Shown one piece after another: positions 1-13,146 of a DNA stretch of 64,000 nucleotides; position 1 is the stretch's first letter; every line of letters starts with the position of its first letter. The notes under the pieces were generated by a model. The model searched no databases and was not told where the DNA came from. It saw only the letters and a program-made list of their open reading frames with translations. The stretch lies in the NCBI RefSeq assembly GCF_009914755.1, contig NC_060930.1; one strand, written 5' to 3'. The translations under genes were made by a program, and so were the position numbers. This DNA comes from the human T2T-CHM13v2.0 reference genome, Homo sapiens.

Positions 1-577
1 ACTTTCTGAGTTCATTTTTCTGAGATACTAATATTTACTTACATTACAGGAATTCTGGGGCAAATAAATAATAGGAGCTAGAAAATCATTTAAAATACCC
101 ATTGCTTCAAGAATGGTAAATGTGATGAAAACTTTTCTGTACACTTGCAAGGAACAACTCTCTTCACTTGTCTATAGTTACTCCATTTATTGCAGCTTAT
201 CCTCAGCACCAGGCTACCAGGTTCCATGCAGTTCTATTGTTGCCACCTGTTTCCCTATAGATACTGAATTATTTTGTAGACTTCTTGTTATGACTTGTGT
301 TTGACATGAAATTTTACTCAATGCAAATAAATTTTTATTACCGTATTCTAATATACAACTCTGGAGTATTATATATACATGATAAGCTGGATATATCTAT
401 ATGAGATAATTGCTGAAAAAAATGTTTGACTGTGGTGGCCTGATTCCGTAAAACCAGTAAAGTTATATAGTCCCCATTTTCAGCATTTTGATACTGTGTT
501 TCTATCATGATTCACATTTCTCCTTAGGGAATGTCTCTCAAATATGTAGGGAAGCAAACATGAAGAAATGTTTTGCT

Positions 578-1074
<497 letters not shown>

Positions 1075-1196
1075 TCACTGAGTCAAGTATAAGCAATGCC
1101 GACTTTGTCAATTATTCATGATTTTGTTGGAGTTGGCTCCTGTCTATTTCCAGTTTCATTACACAGTGATTTCCTTCTATTCATGTATGCTGCATA

Positions 1197-1397
1197 GAAT
1201 AGTCCTCCCTTATCCATGGAGGATATATCTCAAGACCCCCAATGGTTGCCTGAAACCTAGAATAAACCCTAAATACACTATGTTTTTTCCTAAGTCAAAA
1301 ACATTCACCTTTTCACTTAAAGGGAACACTTTATGGCTTCTCTTTGGCATATCCCACTTACTAGCATCACTACTCTTGCACATTGGGGGTGATTATT
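1197..1397 (+). mobile_element. MER44/Tigger7-derived DNA transposon, 5' fragment
   Basis: TIR-like AATAGTCCTCCCTTATCCATGG...CAAGACCCCCAATGG..GCCTGAAACC and internal TTTATGGCTTCTCTTTGGCATATCC...CATCACTACTCTTGC; similar to the start of the copy at 4256. Confidence 0.75.
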
Positions 1398-1580
1398 TTT
1401 AAAAATTTCAACATTTCAATAGCTTTAGGTGTGCAAGTGGCTTTTGGTTATGTGGATGAATTTTGTACTGTAGAAGTCTGGGTTTTCAGTGCACCCATCA
1501 CCTAAATACTGTACATTATATCCAATAGGTAATTTTCATCCCTCACACTCCTCACACCCTCTCCCTTCTGAGTCTTCCAT
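1398..1580 (-). mobile_element. L1 3' end (L1PB-like)
   Basis: TTTCAATAGCTTTAGGTGTGCAAGTGGCTTTTGGTTATGTGGATGAATT...GTGCACCCATCACCTAAATACTGTACATT resembles antisense L1PB 3'UTR. Confidence 0.7.
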
Positions 1581-1589
1581 TGTGTTCAT

Positions 1590-2220
1590 TTAGAATCAAT
1601 GCCTCCTCCCACCCCATGGATACCAGTGATTTGTTTTCTCTCCCTATGTTTTTGCCTTTTCCAGTATGCTATATAAATAGAATCATACATTACCAATGTA
1701 TTGGGTCTAGCTTCTTTCACTTAGCATACTCTACTTCAGATTCATTCACATTATTTTGTGTATCAATAGTTCATTCATTTTTATTGCTGACTAGTATCCA
1801 TTGTGAGACTGTATCACAGGTTATCTATTGATGTAATGAGGATATTTGAGTTGTTTTCAGTTTTTGGACATTATGAATAAACTTAGTATAAAAGTTCAAG
1901 AAAGATTTTTTTTATGAACATACTTTTTCATTTCACTGGGGAAAATTCCTAGGATTAGGATTGTGTCATTTGTTAAGTACATGTTTAACTTCATGAGAAA
2001 TTGATAAACTATTTTTTGAAATAAGCTATGCCATTTTGCATTCTCACCAGCAATGTGTGAAAAATCTAGTTGCTCAATAACCTTGCCAATACTTGGAATT
2101 GTAGTTGTTATTTATCTATTTATTTATTATTTTAGCCATCCAATAGTTATGTAGTGGTGTCTGGTAGGGGTTTTAATGGCTAATAATGTTTTATACATAA
2201 TTATACATAATTTTATTAGT
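1590..2220 (-). mobile_element. Old L1 (L1MC/L1ME-like) fragment
   Basis: ATATAAATAGAATCATACA...CTTCTTTCACTTAGCATA...CCATTTTGCATTCTCACCAGCAATGTGTGA...TTTTAGCCATCCAATAG, typical antisense L1M 3' region. Confidence 0.75.
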
Positions 2221-2739
2221 TAATTTATCTATATTCTTCTCTGATTTTCTTTTTAGATTCTCTCTTCTACGTGGATTTTGAAAACAGGGCAAATGTCACC
2301 TTCTCTGTAGCAGCTTTTCAGACTGCTAAGAGAAACTCTTCCTCCTTGGTGTTAGAGTGGCAGTAGGAACTTGCCTTTGGTGGTTCATTTCTTACTTGAC
2401 TCTACCTGCCTGCTTCTCTGTAAAAATGTTGAATTCCAGGTGAATAGGGACTCTGTTGTACTCATGTTTGTATCTTGGGTTCCTATTTCAGAGCCTGGTG
2501 CTTAGCTTATGTTTAACTAAATTGTAATTAAATATATGAATTTAGATCAACTTAGTTTCCTCGCATGTCCAATAATAGAGTTAGACCCTATATAATTACA
2601 GTGGTTCTGTCTGTGCAGGTGCTGTATGATTTTATCATTTCATCTGGCTGCAGGGAATAAGTTCTACTAAATGTGTCAAGAGTAGAGAGGAAGGAAAATA
2701 CATATATGCATGGCAGCTAATGCTATGATAATTATCTAT

Positions 2740-2990
2740 AATAATAATTACATATATTGAGTACAGAATAGGTGGCAGGAATTGTACCAAATCAAATATT
2801 TCATACACTATTTAATTTGTTTCTCATAACAATCTTGTAAAGTAGGTATTATTAACTAATATCCTCATTTTATAAATCAGGAAATGGAATATCAAAGAGG
2901 TTGAAGTAACCCATCCAAAGCCACCCAGCTGTTAAATTGCAGAGCTGGGATATGAACTCGGATCTGCTGCTCTCTAAATCCTCTGCCATT
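2740..2990 (-). mobile_element. MIR
   Basis: CTCATAACAATCTTGTAAAGTAGGTATTATT...CCTCATTTTATAAATCAGGAAA...AGAGGTTGAAGTAACC...GCAGAGCTGGGATATGAAC is the antisense MIR core. Confidence 0.8.
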
Positions 2991-4255
2991 CCCCATTGGG
3001 CAGCATAGTTCTACCCTATGCGTGCACTGTCCCAAATTCATTGCGTTCCCCATCTGTTCTAAAAATCATAGTTGAAAGTCCCAGGAAATAAAGGGATTTC
3101 CTGCCTTTGAAGAAAACAAATAAAAAGTGATTTATAAATAACCTCTTTAAACAGTTACTGAGGGAAACCCAGAAATAATAGGTGGAATTTAATGAGCCAT
3201 TTGGATGTCTAAGGTAATTTATCATAGTTGAAAATATCGCACCTTTCTTTGAGAAATCAAAATGCCATACACCAGATGAATGAATCAGGAGGTTGACATT
3301 CCTGCTGACCAGAGTTCAGCAGCTGTTAGTATTAGCAGTGTGTGTAAGCTATTTCGGGGATACGGAGGTTCTATTTCTTCCATCACTCCTGTCGCTCAGC
3401 CCAAGATCCTGTTGCTTCTCTTAATTGCATGTGCTTTATTTGGTAGTACCTGACAGTTTATTAAAGCAAAAAGAAACTGTTGTGGTTTATCATTAAACTC
3501 CCACTGTAATTACATTTTCACACATGTAGGCTCTTGTCAGCCTTACAATTCAGCTCAATATTGCATATGTTAATGCTATTAGGATATTAACAACTATTAG
3601 ATGCTAGGCAGAGCAATCTGTTTTTTCATTAAGCAATAAGTAACATTACTTATTGCTTAATAGGGATAGGCTATTGAGGATACTGACAAGTGAGCAAAGC
3701 CCTGAGGCTTGGAAAGAGCCTCCATGTTGAAGCTGAACCCTGTGCTGCCACTCCCCCGAGTTCAGAGACAGGCTGTCAGTCACCCCAGTGTTCTGTATGT
3801 GCCTAGTCATGACAGGGCCTTGGAGGTTTAGAGTGGGAGAAAAACAGCTCAATGCATTAAAAAAAACTTAAATAGCCTTATTCTCATATCCTTCATAGGA
3901 TAAATTCCTGAGGTAAGAGGGATGTTGTTCTAACACATAGTGAGTCCTGCAGGCAATAAGCTTGCTTCCTCTCCTCACTTTTCCCTCTCTGTCAGTCTCA
4001 GAGACCCCTCTTTCATTCTTCACTAGACAAGGTAGAACAGCAGTGCCCTTCTCTCCAATATGGTTCCCTTAGCCAATATACAGGGTCTAACCATTTTGAG
4101 ATGTACTTTGGCCAGATCTGAAATCCTGTCTTAATCAGTGAACTATGTGGTAGCAACGATTTCTTTAAATTCATAAAATGGTGGATGGAAAGAATCAGGC
4201 AGCAGGTGGTAGGATAACAAATATCTACATCACTTTCTTCCAAGCAAATGGAACA

Positions 4256-5210
<955 letters not shown>

Positions 5211-7774
5211 AACTCTTGTTAAGTATTCAGAAAGGAGGGGTACTGATGAATTGTTTGATCTTCTGAATGAAAATATGCTCTTGCTCTTTGAAACTATTTT
5301 TATTACTACTTATATTATGGTTCACAGGCAGCAACAGTTGTACAAAATTGGAAGTACTGTATAAGATAATAGAGAAAGAAATGTAAAAAAATATATCTGG
5401 AAAGAAACAAAGCAAAATGAACCCATAAGAAATTGTTTATAAATTATGTGAAGTGTCATAATTTCATAGGTTGGCTTTGAAAGCAATTGTGCTAGTTACC
5501 ATTTGAGCATGGTTCATATATTATAATAATATTCGCATTATTGCCAGGCTTCTTTCAGAATGTATTGATGAACAATGTATTAGATTTTGGATATCTTTAC
5601 TCATTTCTCCCAAATTAGCAGTATCTATTATCTACTTGTAGTAGTTATAAGTAGTTTTCTAAATTTGTTATACTAGACAAAGATTTAACATATATCATGA
5701 GAATCACATGTTATTACATGTGGTGGTTTGAAAATCACCCACTTGACTCACTCTCCTCACCTCACTGTTGTTCCCTTCACCCTCCCAAAGAGGAGTTGCT
5801 ATTTTAATTGAGTTCAATATATCTGGACTTTTCTTTGGATGGTTTTATAATGTCACCATATCATGGTGAAAAATTTTTTAAACAAGCAAGGGACGGTGGA
5901 AACTTGGCATCACTTTCTAAAATGAGGAGGATAACAGAATTTGAGGAAAGTTCTTTCTTCTCTATAGAGCCATCCTTTACCCTCATCACATTGCTTCTGC
6001 TTATCCACCACACCTACGAATTGCTACTTTGGCCAGATTTAAAGACACAAATTAGGCCCAATTTATAGTTGGGAGTTAAATCTGTCACAAAGTATTACAC
6101 ATGAATGAAGCTCTATCATTTTTGTTTCTTGCTTCCATGTTGTAAGTTGACATGACAGCCCCACTCTCTGTCTCTTTCAATCCCTTACTTACATTGTAAA
6201 AAGAACAAATGGAGTTGGCCTAACTTTTTGCAGCATGATGAGCTATCTTGACTTCACACCATTGCTTTCATACATTGGATTTCTCATTAATTTGGGCTCA
6301 GCAGCCTGTTAGGGGGGAAATGAGAACTTAAACTTAAGGCCAAAGAAGAGCATTTCCTTTCCTCTAAATTAATCACTTCAATCCAGATTTATTTTAGGGT
6401 TTAATTAGGAGTTATGGACAGTTGAATAATTATAATAACATGGTAATTAAACTTCTGATTTGTTGCTCTCTCATGTTTGTGTAGCTCCTTTTGAAATCTC
6501 ATATCTTAGGAATGACGGGAACTTGTAGGGATGATGGGACCGTAATCAATCACATGCTGTAACTCAATACAATAAAGAACTTCAACTTAATTCCTAATAT
6601 TTTGATTATTGTCTATTTTTCAGTGGATTTAGTTTAATTATTCTCTTTCAGACCTCTAGAAAGATGATAGAAATATATAATCCTTTCCCAAATTTGGCCA
6701 CTGGTAAACTATAAGAAAAGTTGTATTAGCGGATGTTATTTGTGTAATTTGTTTTCTGAAGAATCAATGCATATATTTTCCCCAACTGCATTATAAGCAC
6801 CTTAAAGAGAAAAATGACATATTATTCAAAATTTTGGACCCTAACACAATGTACAGCACCTAGGGAGTACTCAGTAAGTATTTGCTGAATATAATAGATA
6901 ACTGTGCTATATTAGTTGTCAAAAGGGCTAATTTTCTACCTATAATTTTGTGTTTCTCTCCATTTTTCACATTTTAGGAAAACAGTATGAGGAGTGATTT
7001 ATAGATTTTACATTTGACCTTTCCAAATGAATTAAAAATAAGTGTAGATTATTGTGCATTTGATTTAGAAATTATAATTACATTCTCATGTAAGAGAGCC
7101 TGGAAATAGCAAAACACTGCTCTTAGAGGCTGTCAGTCAGCTCATCCTGTCTGTCATCCTATCCCATATATTGTTGAATGAATAAATATATAATTCAATT
7201 AGTTGCATTAAGAGCTAAATAACAATTTTATTTGGTTTACAGTTTTAGGGAGGTTCAGTTTACTTAGCAATATATGTACAAAAATCCTGTCAGGGTATTT
7301 TGTATACAGAACATAGGGAAAGGGATTACTATTATCTTTCTCATTTTTGTACATTTTCTATCTTTTTAGAATTTCTACAGTTCTCCATTGCTGTTGGACA
7401 GTAGAAGGCCAGTTATTTTTCTTTTGTGTATTTTTTTTTTATTCTGGTGAGCTTAGACATGACCAATAGAAACATATTCATAGAGGGCAGTTATCTCCAA
7501 TACTAAAATTTTATAAAGAGCTTGCCTCTGTGAAATTTTATATTTGAAAAGCTTGTAGTAAGATAAACAGTTCTGTTTCAGGCTGCTCATGACTCTATTA
7601 AATGAGACTGATATAGCAAAAAGATAAAGTAAAATTGAATAATATTTGACTTGGCAAATTGTACATTTAGATTCTTTTCTCTACTAAAACGCCATAGGTG
7701 CTGAAAATTGTAGTCTTTGAATATCGAAAATGATGTCTTTTTGTGACTCCATTCAAATCCTAGAACATAACTAC

Positions 7775-8540
<766 letters not shown>

Positions 8541-8689
8541 AAGTTCTCCAGAACTTCTTGGTGGCAGAATTTTAGAAAGTAATGAGGCTCTTTGTAGAAT
8601 GCCATGAAATATACATTGTAGTTTCACTATACTATACACAGTCACAATCACAAAGGCTTATGTGCAGGGCAGTAGAGGAGCCCATGAAC

Positions 8690-9405
8690 CATGAGCGGTC
8701 TTTTCAGAAGCGTGGCATTCTGAGTAGGAGCTCAAATCTGGATTCAGAGGTGAGTTCAAATTCCAATTTTACTACTTACTAAAGGGGGCTGTTAGGAAAG
8801 TAGCTCATTCTCTCTCTGGCAGAAATGGCCAACTGTTCATCAAAATTTGTATCATCACCCATTGTGTGGAGATGTTGCTAAGCACAGGCTTCCCAGTCAT
8901 GGACTCAATTTCCTAATCATCTTTGCATCTCTAGGGAGCTATGTGACCAGCTCTCACTAATGGAAGGTGAGCAGGAATAAAGTGTGTTATTTCTTGGTTC
9001 ACATGATTAAGAAGTAAGTGTGCCTCCTTTCCTCTTTCTTCCTCTTCCACAGTGACCTTGGAAGCCAAGTGCTAAAGATAATGGAGCTATGACAATAAAG
9101 AGCTTGAGTCTTGAATCATTACATGGCAGACCATCCACTCAGCACTCTCATCGAACAGTTATGTGTAAGAAAAATAAATAAATGTATATTTTAGCTGCTC
9201 AGATTTCGGGGCTTATCTGTTCTAGCAGCTAGTGTTACTTTAACTACTGTAGTCATTAAACTTCAGCTTTTCTCACTGATATAATGAAGATAAATGTATT
9301 TATATTTTCTATATATGTTCAATAATTATGAGTGTTCTAGATGAGCTAATGCATGTAGAGCATGGAAAAGAGAAAGTTCTCAACAAATGTTAGAATTAAT
9401 ATTAT
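8690..9405 (+). mobile_element. MIR split by an MLT1 LTR (MIR parts about 8690-8815 and 9255-9405)
   Basis: GGATTCAGAGGTGAGTTCAAATTCC...CTACTTACTAA on the left; CTTCAGCTTTTCTCA...ATGAGCTAATGCATGTAGAGC...CAACAAATGTTAG on the right. Confidence 0.6.
8817..9248 (+). mobile_element. MaLR LTR (MLT1J/I-like)
   Basis: ATGTGACCAGCTCTCACTAATGGAAGGTGAGCAGGAA...GTGACCTTGGAAGCCA...AGATTTCGGGGCTTATCTGTTCTAGCAGCTAG. Confidence 0.7.
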
Positions 9406-10339
9406 GAGGGTTTGCTATTGTTATTTTTATAAGATCTCTGTGAATTTTACTAACACCAATGTTTCCTGGAGGATATGCAGTAACAGATACCAAGGGATTA
9501 AAGATAAATATATGTGGAAAATAATTAACACTGAGAATGTAGTCAGTGGTGCCGTTTCTTTCCCTATGGGTCAGGAAAAGGTTTCTATTTATTTGGTTTT
9601 GCTGAATTCAGCAAGCTGCAAGCAACATTACCTTGAAATTAGGTTGAGCAACCAGTGTAGCTTTGCTCTATACATAAAAATACAGGATCAGAGCACAGTG
9701 CCTCCATCCGTTCCTCATTCCATCTTCACATCACTTCTCTTGTTTTAAAAGATTCATTTTAGAGAATCTATTGTCTTCAGGTGTTACGTTGGTTGATTTT
9801 ACTTGCACATCTTTAAAACAGGAGAGATGGCATTCATTGGTAAAACTCCTAGGGAATAGAGGCACATGATCAGTCATGAGCTTCAGCCTCAGGCACTGCA
9901 AAGCATGGAGCAAGATAGTGTAAAGGGAGATGAGTAAACCAGTGACAGAAATGGTACAGCTGGTGCAACCAGTCATGTGGGGATATACAAGAAATGAGGA
10001 CACCGTTCTCAAATCTGCTCAAAATTGCATGCATTTCAATTTATTCCCAGGACCACGGTCTCACGTCCTCTGAATTTCACTGTTCACACAGTCCTTGGTA
10101 TACTATTTTGTTAGTAAATCCTTCCTGACTCTTTGAAGAGAAGGGATAATTGTTTTCTCACAAAGAACAGGCTGACATTCAAGTGGTATTCCTCGCTTCA
10201 AAGTTTATTCCGCATAAAATATCTACACTTTAGTTTATCAAGTACATGGATGTGTTACTTCTATGCAGACACTTTCAGGTTTGTGCCTATATTGGCTGTT
10301 GTTATTTTAGACTATTTTTATTTGGTGCAGTATCATATA

Positions 10340-10751
10340 TCTAAGGTTCTTGTACTGGTTCGAACCCCGAGAGCGCGCCAACAGACAACATGAGGCGGTG
10401 GAAGCAACATGCTGTTTTAATGAGCGCCTGGGTGCAGGCGGTCTGAGGACTAAAATGGTGTCAGCCCCTAGTGAGGACAGGGCAAAGGTTTTATAGTCTC
10501 CTATAAACAGGAAGTGTCTTAGTCTGACGTAACTGCTACGTTGTACCCGGATGGCCTCTTCCTCAATCTTCAGGGGTACGCGTCTTCCGGCCAGGGTAGG
10601 TGTCTTCTGCTGGCTCTCTTCTTGCTACTGCTATTTTGCTGGTGCAGGCTGCTGGCGCGGGCTGCTGGCACAAGTTGCGCCTTGGGACTGGGCCTGAGAA
10701 GGGAGGAGTTATTCATCTCCTTAAGCTTTCAGGCCCCGGGGAGAATTTACA
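10340..10751 (-). mobile_element. ERVL solo LTR, LTR18 family (HERV-S/HERVL18-type)
   Basis: Minus strand reads TGTAAATTCTCCCCGGGGCCTGAAAGCTTAAGGAGATGAATAACTCCTCCC...GTTACGTCAGAC...CTATAAAA...ATTAAAACAGC...GGGGTTCGAACCAGTACAAGAACCTTAGA; GC/CpG-rich relative to flanks; family assigned from recalled consensus. Confidence 0.8.
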
Positions 10752-10870
10752 GTATGATATTAAGATTGTTATACACTAAGTTGGGATGATGAAATTGATA
10801 TAAACAAATAGAGTTAAAAGCTACTTTAGAAATATTATTTACACTTTATGTCCCTTCTTTTTTATCCAAG

Positions 10871-10901
10871 ATAGAAACGTTTCTGGAGAAAATAACAGAA
10901 G
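10871..10901 (+). other. Candidate 31-nt internal exon (lncRNA or alternative exon)
   Basis: Acceptor TCCCTTCTTTTTTATCCAAG| and donor GAAG|GTAAGA. Confidence 0.4.
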
Positions 10902-11064
10902 GTAAGATATACATTCTACAGAACAACAAAATATAAACATTCTCATTCTATGTGTCCTCATATAGCCTTATATAGAGAACTAAGTAGCTATTCAATACGA
11001 TTTTGTTAAATCAAAGTTTGGTGTTGATACATGCAACAAAATCTGACCCCATGTTTATTTTCAG

Positions 11065-11385
11065 AGTTCAAATAGGTTTACAGTGTGAGAAGATTGGATT
11101 CAGGTCATTAAAACTGTAGGTGGATATCTCACTAATGTGCTGTATATCCATTAGTAGAGAAGCTTCTATTGACTGAGCACTTCTATCATGTAAAAGTGTT
11201 TTCTGAGCTGCTCAGTCTCTGTCAGTTAATGTCTGGGTGAAGAACTGAGGGCCTCAGGCAAGACTAAGGGCACTTGATCCCAACGGCCATTAAATATACC
11301 TGACCTGGAGGGTATTAACACTGCAGACATCTCAGGAGCGCCAAAAAAATCTGCGTAATAAAGTTTCCTTATATTTGAAGGTTCA
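11065..11385 (+). other. Candidate terminal exon with polyadenylation signal
   Basis: Branch CTGAC at 11043-11047, acceptor ATGTTTATTTTCAG|, AATAAA at 11357-11362 followed by GT/T-rich GTTCAGTTTGTGTT. Confidence 0.35.
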
Positions 11386-11474
11386 GTTTGTGTTCCTATT
11401 TTTCCCTTGTAGAGTTTTATTCTTGTGCTAACATATGACCAATAGAAAACAACACGTGACTTATTCCATTAGGA

Positions 11475-11665
11475 TTTATATATATATATATATAATATAA
11501 ATTGTATATAAATCGATAGTTCTATGTAAAAAATACATTACCTATAAATCTACAGTTATATATAAAAATACTTATATACTTACAAACTATCGTATATACA
11601 CTTATGTATATAAATATATGTAAATTTTATGTATGAATATATAAATACTTAGATATATACATACA
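11475..11665. repeat. (TA)n / AT-rich low-complexity tract
   Basis: TATATATATATATATATAATATAAATTGTATATA... with degenerate ATACTTATATA units. Confidence 0.85.
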
Positions 11666-12813
11666 AACTATTGTCTTAAGTGATCAAAACATCTTTTAAA
11701 TTTAACATAGGGAAGCAACATCAAAAGGTATAATTTAGCAGAGCTTCTAAATGGAAGCTAAAGTCCCAAATGTTCCTCTTGATTTGGTGATTTACGACTT
11801 CTGTTACTCTAAATAAGTTAACTTTATTTTCTTGGATATTCAGTTTCTTTACTGGTAAAGTGAAAAGCGTAATTTTTTCTTATCATGTGTTAGTACAGTT
11901 GTGAAAAATTGAGAAAGTATAAAATAGAGGCTTTTGTATTATTACACAATTTACACTGTTTATATATTAAATTGACTATTATACGTTCAATAAAAACAAA
12001 TCTCCATTTTATCAACTAGTAATTTTTTCACAGATATTATTAGCTAATTAAAGTGTATGTCCACCTGGTTATATCTTCCCACATACAATATTCGAAATTT
12101 AAGTTACCATCCTGACTTCTTTGAAAATACTCACAAATCTTTTTTCTTGATACATTATATAGATATTATTGCACATGCATATTATTTATATTTATATTAT
12201 TCATGATTTTACCAGACATTTAATAGAATTTAAATAAACTGCAGTGCTTTGGAAAATTTCTGTTTCTTCAGAAAACTGGAGAAACCTCTGAGAATGCTGC
12301 ATTCGTAATAAATTACTGATTTTTCCTTCCCCAAGAAGAGAAATGAATACATAAAGAGTTTGAGGAACATCCTTTCCATTGGATAATCTTTACCTTTCTA
12401 CTTGTTCTCTTCCAAGTATTCTAAGTAGTAGGCTCTTAGACACGACCTTGACGTCAGCAAATGATATTATTCCATGTGTGAATATGCTCCAGATTCCTCT
12501 CTCTGCTATTACAATGTGATTTTCTCACATTTTAAGGCAAAGGGACATTTTGAATGTGCTCAGACACATTTGCCCTATTCAGAGGACAGAAATTGTTGAG
12601 CTTGAAGGAAATCTTTTTTTTCCTATATAGCTGCCCAATCCAGAAATGTTCAGCTGCAGATCCTGGCCTCTCCACACTTAATTCACAAGCCCAGAAGTGC
12701 AAATGCTTCTTTAACAAGGGAATGCGAACCTGCTGCTAAACTGAAATATGAGAACATTTCTACTCTTTTTATAATTTTCTTGGTTAGTTCATATCCATGC
12801 CCTCAGTGTTTTT

Positions 12814-13146
<333 letters not shown>

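Noticed and set aside
10541-10789. ORF with a hydrophobic signal-peptide-like stretch
   Set aside because: Lies antisense within the LTR18-like element, has a TTG start, and the hydrophobicity comes from low-complexity CTG/TTG sequence.
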